From Bacillota bacterium (GTDB taxonomy: Bacteria > Bacillota > Clostridia > Lachnospirales > Lachnospiraceae): DNA of 64,000 bases. Below the pieces are notes generated by a model. It was not told the DNA's origin. It saw only the letters and a list, made by a program, of their open reading frames with translations, and made no database searches. A program made the translations under genes and the position numbers. The stretch spans positions 49,045-113,044 of the forward strand of contig JAEXGM010000014.1 of the NCBI GenBank assembly GCA_023450835.1. The letters are read 5' to 3'. Below, piece after piece: positions 41,201 through 51,656 of the stretch. Position 1 is the stretch's first letter, and the number at the start of each line of letters is the position of its first letter.

Positions 41201-42538
41201 GGTTGGACTTGCGTAGGCTCCCCCACTCATATCTGTCCATAAACCTTTATTCTTAAGCATTGTCATGGCTTCTGCATAGTTACTAATCGTGCCAAACACG
41301 TAATAAGGGAAGTAAACACCAGCCCTACCTTTCGCACTATCCCACGTTGCAGGCTGTATATATGTAAGGTTTTCTATCAATAATAAATAACCTTGTGCTG
41401 CCATAATTTCTATAGTATCCATTCCCTTAAACTCTGACTGGGACTGCTCTGGTAATTCAAACAATGGCTTGTTGTTATATCTGGCACGTAATATCTTTGT
41501 AATTTCATACTCTTTTTCTGTATCACTGGCTGCTGACAGGTACAAAGGATTAATCACAGTATCACTAGCTGTAAATACGCTACCAGTATCATTTTTAGTC
41601 ATTTCTGGAATGCCATATTGAAATACCTTGGGTTTAGGAGTGACATAAATGATTAATTCATCATACTTTTCTTTTGCTGTTTCCATTAAACTATCATAAA
41701 AGTCTTGTGTAATCTCTTTTGAGAAATACAGCTTTCTATATTCCAATGCCTTATCACCCATCCAGTAATCAATCATCTTTTTCCTTATATCAAGATCCAC
41801 ACTGGTCAACTTTGCTAAAATGCTCTTAAGTTTTTCAGCATCTGCTATGGCGGCCTGTTTCATTTCTTTCAGATTATATTGGGATTTATTTTCCGAAGTA
41901 TTACCAGATGTATTATCAGAACTTCCAGAATTTGAACTACTACTATTTCCATTACCTTCAGAACTTCCAGAGCTACTACCAGATGTATTACTTGAACTTC
42001 CAGAACTTGATTTATAGGGATTAATGAATTTCTGATTTTCCATAAGCCATAGCTTTAAGCTTTCTCCATTTCCTTGAGCACTACCACTTCCATTGGTACT
42101 GATAGGTACTGGGGGTAAACTATCTAATTTGGCTGCTTTTTTAAGGTCATCAACTGTTAATCTTTTATTACTCTTTACTTTTGATTCTAAAGGTTGTGTT
42201 TTACAGTTTGTAAAATAATAATCTGTATTTATCTTTGTATAATCAAAAAAGAATACATCCACTGAACCGGGTTTCCCATCTTCCCCAAGACTTACAACAT
42301 TTCCAGCCTTATCCATTATGGTGAAACGATAGCCACTATCATATGGGCTCCAGTGTAAACTTCCATTCCCTGTTGTCAGACTGCCTGAACTACCTCCACC
42401 TGTTGCGTTATCTTTAAAATCATCTGCCTTTGCAGTAACAGGTGTAAACAAACCTACTAACATGGATAATACTAAAATCATACTGAATGCTTTTACCTTC
42501 ATAACAATTGCCTCCTTTAAACGACTTAAGGAGTCCAA
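38243..42538 (-). CDS. Very large secreted/surface protein
   Basis: Signal peptide ending TAKA, Gly/Ser-rich linkers, beta-rich composition. Confidence 0.8.
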   Translation of the reverse strand: MDSLSRLKEAIVMKVKAFSMILVLSMLVGLFTPVTAKADDFKDNATGGGSSGSLTTGNGSLHWSPYDSGYRFTIMDKAGNVVSLGEDGKPGSVDVFFFDYTKINTDYYFTNCKTQPLESKVKSNKRLTVDDLKKAAKLDSLPPVPISTNGSGSAQGNGESLKLWLMENQKFINPYKSSSGSSSNTSGSSSGSSEGNGNSSSSNSGSSDNTSGNTSENKSQYNLKEMKQAAIADAEKLKSILAKLTSVDLDIRKKMIDYWMGDKALEYRKLYFSKEITQDFYDSLMETAKEKYDELIIYVTPKPKVFQYGIPEMTKNDTGSVFTASDTVINPLYLSAASDTEKEYEITKILRARYNNKPLFELPEQSQSEFKGMDTIEIMAAQGYLLLIENLTYIQPATWDSAKGRAGVYFPYYVFGTISNYAEAMTMLKNKGLWTDMSGGAYASPTTKLGWSALRLEDSWMGDGLTISAPSETEGTRRPLDELAATNKLSQGRLEGYGMQLYQTNPTEESPVKQINVVYSRSGNTNKLLGVYRVNPNYEKGTYDDKSYTVTLESIYKGGKFNSWKAVAGLNIPINKEMKYYTGTLKGNISTLEIANRISGGQTVIAFYQVDIPEVQLITVVKTIDKKDGAVLNESLKVSKAKDITNELLLDSKKGSYSYTYKQLPSNAENLKSKVVNGLDLKGIDYESLGEGKIFDNIKVTGLKNQQTIVISYEIIKNQTKAKEGRGTGDITLEEDEIAKGIKNVLQTADKDYKLTVNYTGYPANKLDSNGCGQVFSLVGGQYYYTKYQNNIENKNGSLSGLDKELVYAGTEKGSPFLSSRTGISEDKVKAVQGKDTAKEYKPDYDVTVYRGKASDKVTLAKYYYDKKKKDSAYEVLKDYLGLEEANSISTPRAEASGWYVKKYELPEIKFTFTADSVLDLKYKGISQCNIPHNTAHRDTYIDPVKDKDGKIISSGYWTYKEINHGSTPETKITAAMKENNSVKVEVAVNNYLGSSNYGTSNSEDKGEKINFQIDKQEFDNSSLSSAFGYSINTNKSMLFNPYIRMKYSTTNSPTDWNYAYVLSEHQSELKNSDYVDIGYVKGATDSLTLDSNQWNTSKRSIDALGKNNVLPAGAVFTLKADPSNKTYVGLKVWQTFVESDESSVVSNYSYYSKSTVDSRRDSLVGDVKKAINSYDVVQYIAGGILKSTSEVEKQGELLDPKGIYGSPLTRIFGNKVNSNSKYYLQLGGDTTPSSGKIDIVDENSSTITWKIASDVTGKVILYKNGTAYKSITKSESLNDLIGSDTDLKELNSKAKLLSNFLASIDRNAGQNAWYNEAMDGISVQVTSYLYEVGFKTGSSTRSAALDTALAGHLDSKSDMFNYDSKTAKDKVRTSFFKTSPRAAGSSYSAYGSGYLATWGDDKTGIYLTGLDDMLTSRLFYLPNVSVQDLD

Positions 42539-42581
42539 TATCTGGACTCCTTGATTTTGAATGTATAAACTTATTTAATTA

Positions 42582-43307
42582 TTAGTTAGCAGGACTGAAA
42601 ACACCATTATAATTTCTATCTTCATGGTCTATTGTCCATACAGCATCTTTAGGGATGTCGTATTGATTTTTAGCCGCCCCCAAATCCCATCCCTGTTCAG
42701 CGAACAGCTCTCTGGTTGCTTCATCTATTTCTGCATCACTCTTCGCTGTATCAATTTTTGTATCTTTCTTGGAATCTGCTGTCTTTGTATCTTTTGCAGG
42801 TTTTGTATCAGTTACTTTTTCATCAGCAGCTTTCTTTTCTTCTGCCTTAGTTTCTTCTACAGAATCAATATAATCTTTTGTACCTTGATTACTTTCTGCT
42901 ATTAATGCCTGGATTTCATCATCAGTCAGGGTCTTCTTATCCTTTAAACTATCTGCTAAAGGTTTCTCTGCTTCTTCTAAGGATTTATCCTTAACAATTA
43001 CATTTTTACCGGTAGTATCTTTTCCTAATACAGCACCAGTCTCGTCATCCTTTTCTATTACAGAAGTAAGACCTGCATCACTATATTCTTTTGGAATGGG
43101 TGTTGCTGTAGGGGTAACATAAACCCCTTTCACACTATTGGAATCAGAATCTCCAGATGTAAACCCATCTAAATTATCTGCTACCTTTATTGGAGAAGTA
43201 TCTGCTGGTCTGTTATCCAGATAGTTCTTTACTTGAAAGCCTGTTATGATAACTGCTACCGCTACTAATCCGATTGCCACTTTTTTTATTTTTCTAAACA
43301 TATTCAA
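42582..43307 (-). CDS. Membrane-anchored hypothetical protein
   Basis: N-terminal signal/TM segment, D/K/T-rich region; GGAGG RBS. Confidence 0.75.
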   Translation of the reverse strand: MNMFRKIKKVAIGLVAVAVIITGFQVKNYLDNRPADTSPIKVADNLDGFTSGDSDSNSVKGVYVTPTATPIPKEYSDAGLTSVIEKDDETGAVLGKDTTGKNVIVKDKSLEEAEKPLADSLKDKKTLTDDEIQALIAESNQGTKDYIDSVEETKAEEKKAADEKVTDTKPAKDTKTADSKKDTKIDTAKSDAEIDEATRELFAEQGWDLGAAKNQYDIPKDAVWTIDHEDRNYNGVFSPAN

Positions 43308-43369
43308 TACCCTCCTTTAATTTTGGGTTATGGTAACGCTGGGAACTGGTGAAGTCAAACTAAACTTTT

Positions 43370-43678
43370 CTATCTTCTGGACTTGTAAATTCCCATTGTC
43401 TTTACTTTTTTGTATACTCCATCCAAGGTCATGCCATATCTATCTGATATTGTTCTATAGCTTAAACCTTTTTCATAGTCTCTTTTTATCATGGCATCTC
43501 TTACTGATTTTTCCAGTACCATTTTTTTCTTTTCATTGGTTTCATTTCTTTTTACTGTACTAAATAGTTCATTCATCGTGCTGATAAAACAATTCAAATT
43601 TTCTAAATCAACACTGGTCTGTGTTAATACTTCTTTCATTGTTAATCGAACTACTTCTTTTATGTCTTCCTCTGTCAT
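43370..43678 (-). CDS. Small HTH DNA-binding protein
   Basis: C-terminal GLSYRTISDRYGMTLDGVYKKV. Confidence 0.7.
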   Translation of the reverse strand: MTEEDIKEVVRLTMKEVLTQTSVDLENLNCFISTMNELFSTVKRNETNEKKKMVLEKSVRDAMIKRDYEKGLSYRTISDRYGMTLDGVYKKVKTMGIYKSRR

Positions 43679-43943
43679 AACTGCTTTCCTCCTTTCTCCC
43701 AGACAGCAAATTAGTTCTTTTATTAATAAAAAACTAATTTATACTATTAATACTTATCTGTAGGAAATGCAGCTATAAACTTTTAAATTCTTGCTGGTAA
43801 TGATTTTTTCTGCCCCTTACAAACGGACAGGTATCCGTTAAACACTCTCTGACTTCTTATGTATTTAATACCTTACCTTGTATTATACATTATCCAATGT
43901 ATTCCATCAACTATTTTATAGTTTATATCAACTTTTAGTTTAA

Positions 43944-44594
43944 TTAAACTGTCCCACTTTCTGCGTTCTTAATAAACTGGAGCGTATCATAATGTTTCCT
44001 CTGTACCTCATCTAAACCATCTGAATGGCTTTCTAAATATTCAATGTAGGAAATCATATCACCAGTCAACTGCTTTTCCATATCATGTACAGACTGTTTT
44101 GTATACCAGGTAAACAGTAGCTCTAAATTTGCCCAGTCTTTCTTATTAATGCTCTTTACTTCTGTTTCACTGCTCTTGGGCAATTTGATTGCTACTGTAT
44201 CCAGAATGGACTTTCTGGAATATTTCCCTATGAGCTGCTGGATTTTAGAAGTATATCTGTCAAAATCCATCTCTTTTTTATGGTACATTAATGTATCAAA
44301 AAAGTCTTCCCCAAGAATCTTTTTTAGTCTGGCAAGGTCATAATTCACTCTACTTACCGTTGTATTCTTGTTAACAGATGCATCTCCACTCATTCTATAA
44401 GACCTTCCCTGTAAAACAGATTTTGTTTCGGATTTAAAATAGTCCGTACACATCGTTAATTCTACTATCAGTTTTGACAATGCTGTCACTTCCTTGTCTG
44501 AACTAAGTCCCCAAATGCTTTCGACCTCCTGTACCTTTCCATCCCTATACAGTCTCCTTACCAAATCTTTTAAACCACTATTAAACTTTATCAT
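43944..44594 (-). CDS. Hypothetical protein
   Basis: 216-aa ORF with GAGG RBS. Confidence 0.7.
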   Translation of the reverse strand: MIKFNSGLKDLVRRLYRDGKVQEVESIWGLSSDKEVTALSKLIVELTMCTDYFKSETKSVLQGRSYRMSGDASVNKNTTVSRVNYDLARLKKILGEDFFDTLMYHKKEMDFDRYTSKIQQLIGKYSRKSILDTVAIKLPKSSETEVKSINKKDWANLELLFTWYTKQSVHDMEKQLTGDMISYIEYLESHSDGLDEVQRKHYDTLQFIKNAESGTV

Positions 44595-45132
44595 GCTCTT
44601 ACCTCAACTTTCTTTCCTTTTTTCAATATTTTGCTGTTCCATACAATCAAAAGATTAAATACACCTATTCCTCCAATACAACCTTATATTTTTTTAAAAG
44701 ACCCATTTTCACAGTCTGGGGAACACTTTTTAAAAAATATCCCTCTATCGAATCGTTAAAAATTCAATACAATACAACTACTATCGAATTTTTTATATTT
44801 AAACTTTCACTATTCAATACACAAAATGTCAGGAAGGAAGTCCACTCCAATAAATTTGAAGCATCAACTGTACAGCTTAAACATAAAGATTGATAAGTCA
44901 TTACTCTAAATTCTAAATGCACTTTTAGAAAGTATTAGGGAGCATTTTTACTTCTACTATCCTTCTGTTTCAATGCCACTTTCCCTTATATAAATCCCTC
45001 TTATGGTGAAACTTCTTATAACCAGTTGCCGGAATGCAGATAAAAATCACCATATAATTGGATAAACAACTTTTTATAAAGTCTCTCTGTATGCCAGACT
45101 GTTTATCGTATCCTAACTATTTATACTGAAAG

Positions 45133-45594
45133 CTTACTCTTATCACTAGTCCGGGAAATGTGTAAATACCTTACCCCTAAACTGTTTTTTACTTGAACTG
45201 GAAATGTCCTTGGACTTGAAAGAATACATTGTATATTTGATTTTTCCATAACGTAATCTTATTCTTATCACTAGCCAGCTGAATGTGTAAAAATATCTTC
45301 TTAAACTGGTATTTGGTATAAAAGGAAAAGCTTTACTCGAATAAACCATACCAACTGTATTTCATTTTGATAACAAGTCTATCGAAGGTATATAAAATTC
45401 TTTTGATTCAGTAAGTAATTTTTTCCCATCTGAACTTACTTTTCTATAGGAAAAGCATCCCTTAAACTTCCTTTTTCTTTTCAACTTCCCATGCTATCTG
45501 ACAGCTCTAATGCTAGGAGAACTTACTTTCTCTATGAAAAGTATCCTTGAAACTTCCTTTTCCTATCACTATTCTTCTATAGAACCTACTTTCC
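45133..45594. repeat. Two sets of degenerate direct repeats
   Basis: CTTA(C/T)TCTTATCACTAG...AATGTGTAAA at about 45133 and 45258; GAACTTACTTT...GAAAAG(C/T)ATCC...AAACTTCCTTTT at about 45432 and 45519, with a partial copy at 45582. Confidence 0.7.
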
Positions 45595-45763
45595 TTTTGA
45601 TAACTGATATATCTCTTCTAATTGCTATTGGGATGCCAGCCTGTCGGTTTTCAAATAAACTATTACTTTTTCTTCTGGACAAAAAAATAAGAACTGCTTC
45701 TATCACAGTTCTTATTTTTGTCCTACTTTTGTCCTATTCTGTTTTTCTTTTGTAAATGAAATA

Positions 45764-46009
45764 TTAGAGGGTGTTGTAATGTATGTAAACAATATCCTTT
45801 CTGGTTTCTGGAGCCTCCATGAAATCAATCAGAATATCGAAAGCTTTTGACATTAAATCTGTTGCATGTTCATCTATTTCTTTTTGAATCTCAAGTTCTT
45901 CTGTATTCTCTATTCTTTTATAGTGAAGAAAGACTTGTCCCCTCTTTTTGTCCAGTAAAACAAAAAGGTACAGGTTATCTTGTATTGGCATGGCTTCATA
46001 AGTAAACAT
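45764..46009 (-). CDS. Hypothetical protein
   Basis: Translationally coupled to the upstream ORF; GGAGG RBS. Confidence 0.6.
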   Translation of the reverse strand: MFTYEAMPIQDNLYLFVLLDKKRGQVFLHYKRIENTEELEIQKEIDEHATDLMSKAFDILIDFMEAPETRKDIVYIHYNTL

Positions 46010-46010
46010 C

Positions 46011-46400
46011 TTATTCCTCCCTCATTGACCTAACGTAGTTTTCATAAGCATTCAGTAAACCACTTGTTAGGGCAAAATCTTTGACAATGTCCTCATTCAT
46101 TTTAAGCTGAAATATCGCTAAGTTCTTTCCATTTTTCTTATAGCTTATTATGATTTTTCTACCGGAAACTATTTCAGCATGTAAAATTCGTTGCTTTCTT
46201 TCCGGTTTAAAGTAATTTTTATAAGCTGCTATCAATTCTTTAAACAGCTTCTCTTCTGCTTCTTGGTTGGAATCCATCGAAATCATAAAGTTTCCAAACA
46301 TTGTATTTGTATCTGTGTTTATAAGCACCTTCATGTTGTTATTGCTCTTTTTAATTTCCCATCCTTCCATCTCTGTTGCCCCCTTCCATGGAATAGCCAT
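46011..46400 (-). CDS. Hypothetical protein
   Basis: ORF in the minus-strand gene run. Confidence 0.6.
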   Translation of the reverse strand: MAIPWKGATEMEGWEIKKSNNNMKVLINTDTNTMFGNFMISMDSNQEAEEKLFKELIAAYKNYFKPERKQRILHAEIVSGRKIIISYKKNGKNLAIFQLKMNEDIVKDFALTSGLLNAYENYVRSMREE

Positions 46401-46534
46401 AAATTTTATATCCTATAAACCATAAAATGTATCAAAAAAGGCCTGAAATACAGGGAAAAAGCACCTACTTTCGTAAGTGCTTTACATACATTATTGCTGA
46501 GATACCTTACATTATTTTAATCCTTTGGTTCTCA

Positions 46535-47380
46535 TTATCCAGTAATTATTATCTCGTTCTTAAACACGATTGGAGCAAAATCCTTTTTGTTATAATACTT
46601 ATCATGTATAAAGTTGAACTCTTTAGTACTAATGTTTTTATTTCCATTATTGTATTCCACAAAAGTTCCTCCATTTCCGCCAAGCCCTACCAAGACATTA
46701 AGATATAAAGAACCGTTTTCAACTAATTTCTTATTATTCAAGTAATATGTGCTATATCCCCTCGGTTCATATAATCTTACTATAGTGTTATATTTTTTAT
46801 TATAATATATCTGAACCTCTCCATTATTAGAATCAATGTCTATCTTCCCTGACATAACTGCCTTTCCATCTTTTACAGAACAAATTATAGCAGTATCTTT
46901 TGTTGCTAATAACAATTCTTTTATTCCATCTCTATTAATATCAAGATATGTATAGCTAGCGATAGATTCATAGTATTCATCAATTAATTTACATTTTTCA
47001 TCAACCCTACTGTTGTTATCCTTTATTTCCTGCACTAATTTTTTTAAGCAACTTATATCTCTATCTTCTTTTACCGTAATGACACACTGATACTCTTTTT
47101 TGTTGACAGTTCCCGTGATTGTAACCTTACCCTTTTGAACACCCATAACCTTTCCATCATCACTGACTGTTGCAATCTTCTTATTGCCCGATTTCCAAAT
47201 TATTTTACTGCTTGTGCCGGTGATTTTTAAATTGACATAATTTTTCACCCATATAGTAGCTGTTACCTTATTAATGTTTATTTTTGAATCCGCATATACA
47301 CCCTTCTGTTGAATCGGTATTATTATAGATATCATAATAATTACCAAACAAAGTGCCATTTTTCTGTTTAAACATCTCAT
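46535..47380 (-). CDS. Secreted protein with bacterial Ig-like (Big_2) domain
   Basis: Signal peptide (VYA); WKSGNKKIATVSDDGKVMGVQKGKVTITG. Confidence 0.85.
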   Translation of the reverse strand: MRCLNRKMALCLVIIMISIIIPIQQKGVYADSKININKVTATIWVKNYVNLKITGTSSKIIWKSGNKKIATVSDDGKVMGVQKGKVTITGTVNKKEYQCVITVKEDRDISCLKKLVQEIKDNNSRVDEKCKLIDEYYESIASYTYLDINRDGIKELLLATKDTAIICSVKDGKAVMSGKIDIDSNNGEVQIYYNKKYNTIVRLYEPRGYSTYYLNNKKLVENGSLYLNVLVGLGGNGGTFVEYNNGNKNISTKEFNFIHDKYYNKKDFAPIVFKNEIIITG

Positions 47381-47445
47381 TAGCGTCTCTCCCTATTTAA
47401 ATATTCTGCTTAAAAATACTTTGATTAGTCATCCATATGATTTAA

Positions 47446-48909
47446 TCACATTGACTTAAAATAATGAAATTGTAATTTACATTTTATCCGTTCCCCATAT
47501 TTATAAATATCCGTTTCTTCCATTTTGCTCTCCAACTCATAATTTCTATCCGTAGTACCTCCGATCAACATCTCTATCATGGTAATATTTGTATTTAAAA
47601 GACTTGTATCAAAATCTACCTTAATTTTACCACTTATATATTTTAGAGGAGATACTCCAACATACTCCAAATTAGTACAATTATAAAATGCATATTTTCC
47701 TATACTCCCATCAAGATATAATTCATTTAGTGAATTACATTCTGCAAATGCATACTCTCCAATTATTCCTGATGTACTTATACCTTCTAACTTATCACAA
47801 TTATAATATGCATATTTGTCAACATTACTCGATATTAATGCAAATTGAAGATTATCACAACAATAAAATGCATACTGCCCAACACTGTATACAATATCGT
47901 CTGCATTGGTTCTAACTTGGGTTGCATCTCCCCCTATTGCCTGAGCTACATAGAAGCTAAATTTATTGCATTGAAAAAATGCATATTGCTCAATTGTCGT
48001 TAATTCTATATAAGGTATTTTATGATCGTATCCTGGAAATGCAACGCCCACTGCTCTTAAATTTTTGCAATTGTAAAAAGCATATTTCTTTATCGTTGTT
48101 AAATTTCTAGTATCAATATTTACCTTCTCTAAGACACTACAACCAACAAAAGCACTATCTCCAATCACCTTTAAGTTCGGATTATTTGCGACTTTTGCTT
48201 CCGAATTTACAACTTTTAATTTATTACAGTTAATAAATCCATTTTGGCTGATAGCTACAACGTTATATGTTTTCCCTTTATACTTTATAATTTCTGGAAT
48301 TGTAAAGGATTTGATATTCTTATTACTAGCTCCTATACTTACACTTCCTGACTTGGAAGTTGCAGCTTCTTTTATAATCGTAAATTTCATATTTCCTATT
48401 ACGAATGTCTGTTCATCGCTTAATTGCTTTTTTATAGTCACATTGCATATATATGATTTACCATTAATAGAACCTGTTATCGTGGCAATTCCAATAGCAT
48501 TAGCTGTTATTAATCCTTTGTTATTAACAGTTGCTATTTTATCATTGTTAGATGACCATGTAATATTATCCGATGTACCTGTAAATGTTAAACCATATGT
48601 ATCCCCCATTATTAATGTTAAATTACTATGGCTTAGTTTAATCTCCATTACAGGTGTAATTGTCTGATCAGAAATATTGATATTTTCACTTTTCTCCGTT
48701 AAATATTGGTTTATGATATCTTCTCTTGAGTCATGTGCGGTTGTCATGTAAGTCCCTATAGTTATTGGTAATTGCTTGATGATGTCTTTTTCTTCTGTAT
48801 AAATCAAAGATGCTGCATATATAGGATGAAACTGTGTTAATATCAACATAAATGTTAAACCTTGAACTGCGATAATTTTCTTTATTTTTGTAAAACGTTT
48901 TCTTTGCAT
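47446..48909 (-). CDS. Surface protein with Big_2 domain and BspA-type leucine-rich repeats
   Basis: WSSNNDKIATVNNKGLITA; repeated IxxYAFYxCxxL units. Confidence 0.88.
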   Translation of the reverse strand: MQRKRFTKIKKIIAVQGLTFMLILTQFHPIYAASLIYTEEKDIIKQLPITIGTYMTTAHDSREDIINQYLTEKSENINISDQTITPVMEIKLSHSNLTLIMGDTYGLTFTGTSDNITWSSNNDKIATVNNKGLITANAIGIATITGSINGKSYICNVTIKKQLSDEQTFVIGNMKFTIIKEAATSKSGSVSIGASNKNIKSFTIPEIIKYKGKTYNVVAISQNGFINCNKLKVVNSEAKVANNPNLKVIGDSAFVGCSVLEKVNIDTRNLTTIKKYAFYNCKNLRAVGVAFPGYDHKIPYIELTTIEQYAFFQCNKFSFYVAQAIGGDATQVRTNADDIVYSVGQYAFYCCDNLQFALISSNVDKYAYYNCDKLEGISTSGIIGEYAFAECNSLNELYLDGSIGKYAFYNCTNLEYVGVSPLKYISGKIKVDFDTSLLNTNITMIEMLIGGTTDRNYELESKMEETDIYKYGERIKCKLQFHYFKSM

Positions 48910-49401
48910 ATCTTTTGTTCCTCTCAGACGTTATTATAAACATATCTATTATTATATAATAGTCCTTATAAATCGTTATTTACCATATTGTTGGGCATCC
49001 ATGATTAAAATGCTATTACTAATTCATTTTGCTAAGCATGTAAAATTATATATTTTAAAATATTCAATATATATACCATTCTTTTAGAGCCTGTCAAATA
49101 TTCCTCTTCCGATAAAATATTAGACAGGCTCTTTGTTATTCTCTATCGTTTAATTTTCTCAAAATTAAATTCCGTTAAATCCTTCTGGTTATAATACTTG
49201 CCACTTGCCATACAGTGTACCATATTTATCTTTGTTAATATTCCCAATACAAAGTCCGAAGTGTATGAAAACAAGAAATATTTTCTTCCCTCGAAGTTCG
49301 TTTATCCGCATTTCCTATGAAGTATGTTCAAAGATGATAAGAAAATCAACATTGCTATAATGTTATAAAATAAGTAATTACCTTCAACCAATTTATAGTA
49401 G

Positions 49402-50772
49402 TTATTTTGAAGTGGCAATTACCTTATCTATATCTTTTATACTGATAAAATAATTACTGTTACCATGCAGAAGCAGCTTATTTCCAAATGGTGTCATTTT
49501 ATCAATATTATTAAGAGGTGTCTTAATTTTATAAGATGTTATAAAATTATCTTTGGAAACCAGTATATATTTTTTATCATAAACAAGATACATATACTTA
49601 TCATCAATCACTCCCGAACCGACCAAAGTAGATTTTATCGAAGTATTATATTCCTGAACAGAATTGTTTTTTAATGAATACTTAAATAAGCTGTTTCCCT
49701 TTTCTCTTTCAAAAAGTATTGTAACATTTCCTGCTGTACCAAAGTAGTTAGTGTATAGTGTATTTGAGGAATACTGATTAGGATTATAACTTAATACTTT
49801 ATCCCAAGATTTCAAATCCTTTGTAAAAAGAAACTTTATTGCACTCATCTTATTATTTTTAAACACTACCTCCCTTCTCATTACAGCTGTATTTTCCAAA
49901 ACACTACGCATATTAGCATTTATATCATCATATTGAATCGATGCGTTTACCTTATTGAATTTTTTAAGATCATCTGAGTAATAAAATTGATATGGAACTA
50001 TATCATCGTTCAATGCTGAGATAAGTATTCCTTTATCTGTAACACCTTCAAGTCTCCACATTGCTCCCAATGCATTGCTCTTTTTGTTAGAAGGTGTCTC
50101 TAGCTCCTCCCAATTTTTTAGATCCTTTGATACCCAATATCCTGCCGTATTACCTCCTAATTTTCCTCCCATCTCATCTCCCACTTTAGCTGTATAAACA
50201 TATTTTGAACCAATTTTGTATATATAACCAAGCGAATATGCACTAAGACTGCTTGGCATCCTAATAAGTGTAAAACTTTCTCCATCCTTTGTTATAATAA
50301 GAAAGTTATCTTTTTCTGATCCATAAGGTATATTTCCCGTTATGCATACAGTATTATCGAAAGATGTAATTTGAAAAAAATTAAGACTTACCGTATTTTT
50401 AACTTTTAGGCCTTCTTTCTCCAGTCCGTCTTTTGCAATAGCCTCAATATCTATCTTTTGATATGCGTCCCCATCCTTGGTAACCTGTAACATAATTTGT
50501 TCCTGGTCATTTTCTCTTAATTCCATCACATATTTATCAGTGACTGCACGGTCTACAAATTTTTTATATGAAGTACTGCTTTTAGCTTTTATACTATCCA
50601 CATTTATCGTCTTTATAGTGGTTTCTTTTTGTGCTCCTTCAACATTATGATAGGGAAATAAAGTAATTACAAGCAACATTGCAATGATAAAACTCAGGAA
50701 TCTTTTTACTTTTCTTTTCACGTTTTTATCCTCTTTTCTATAATACTTATTTGTATATTTTCCATATTTCAC
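49402..50772 (-). CDS. Secreted hypothetical protein, possibly a beta-propeller
   Basis: Signal peptide; repeated Asp-box-like (S/T)KD(L/G)xxW/F motifs. Confidence 0.7.
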   Translation of the reverse strand: MKYGKYTNKYYRKEDKNVKRKVKRFLSFIIAMLLVITLFPYHNVEGAQKETTIKTINVDSIKAKSSTSYKKFVDRAVTDKYVMELRENDQEQIMLQVTKDGDAYQKIDIEAIAKDGLEKEGLKVKNTVSLNFFQITSFDNTVCITGNIPYGSEKDNFLIITKDGESFTLIRMPSSLSAYSLGYIYKIGSKYVYTAKVGDEMGGKLGGNTAGYWVSKDLKNWEELETPSNKKSNALGAMWRLEGVTDKGILISALNDDIVPYQFYYSDDLKKFNKVNASIQYDDINANMRSVLENTAVMRREVVFKNNKMSAIKFLFTKDLKSWDKVLSYNPNQYSSNTLYTNYFGTAGNVTILFEREKGNSLFKYSLKNNSVQEYNTSIKSTLVGSGVIDDKYMYLVYDKKYILVSKDNFITSYKIKTPLNNIDKMTPFGNKLLLHGNSNYFISIKDIDKVIATSK

Positions 50773-50930
50773 AATATTTCTTTACTGTTTCCATTCAATA
50801 CAGCATAGTTCATCAAGGGTAATATAGCTTTACTATACATAAAATCCCTAAAAACCATAATTACAAAATAATCCTCATTCCTAATTGCTATTTTCCATCC
50901 ACTATGCTATTCTTTTTTTCATAAGGATAG

Positions 50931-51656
50931 GTGAATAACTTGGTAATCGGCATATGTGATGACAATAAACTGCATCAAAATTATATTCTTGGTCTTGTAA
51001 ATAAGGTTTTTCATGATAACAACAACATAATAATTAACCCCCTTACTCCCGATGACTTATTTGATATGGTAAGTGATTTATCATTTTTCATGGATGTCCT
51101 AATAACGGATATCGACATGGGAAATCTTAATGGGATACAACTTGCTGCTAAAATAAATCAGATAGCACCTAACTGTATTATTATTTTTGTAAGCAATTAC
51201 ATAAAATTTGCAACCGAGGTCTATGACGTTAACCATGTTTACTTTGTTCTAAAATCCGAAGCTGATAAACGTCTTCCAAAAGCCTTAGAAAAAGCTTACA
51301 ATGTCTATTTGAAAGCCAACTCTGGTTTTTTATGTTTTAATTATCAAAACACTAAATATAGAATAGCCTTTTCCGATATATTATGTATTGAATCCACTGG
51401 TCGCTATTTATGTGTAACTACTGCCATTGCCACTTATAAATACATTGATTCTTTAAAGAATGTGAAGAATACATCTCCTGATTTCCATGTACAATGCCAC
51501 AAAAGTTTTCTTGTCAATTTAAACCATATAAAGGAAGTAAACAGAACAAACTGTATATTAACAAATAATATCAATATTCCGGTCAGCTATACCTATTACA
51601 AAACCTTTTCAGATTCTTATTTAAAATTCATATCCAATAAAATGAGTGATATATGA
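50931..51656 (+). CDS. LytTR-family response regulator
   Basis: ICDD, TDIDM (phospho-Asp), IIFVS, and QCHKSFLVNLNHI in the LytTR domain. Confidence 0.93.
   Translation: MNNLVIGICDDNKLHQNYILGLVNKVFHDNNNIIINPLTPDDLFDMVSDLSFFMDVLITDIDMGNLNGIQLAAKINQIAPNCIIIFVSNYIKFATEVYDVNHVYFVLKSEADKRLPKALEKAYNVYLKANSGFLCFNYQNTKYRIAFSDILCIESTGRYLCVTTAIATYKYIDSLKNVKNTSPDFHVQCHKSFLVNLNHIKEVNRTNCILTNNINIPVSYTYYKTFSDSYLKFISNKMSDI

Noticed and set aside
41890..42010. Repeated GAACTTCCAG / ACTACC units
   Set aside because: They encode the Ser/Gly/Asn linker of the 1431-aa protein.
45133..45594. CRISPR array
   Set aside because: Only two or three degenerate copies per repeat, irregular spacing and no cas genes.
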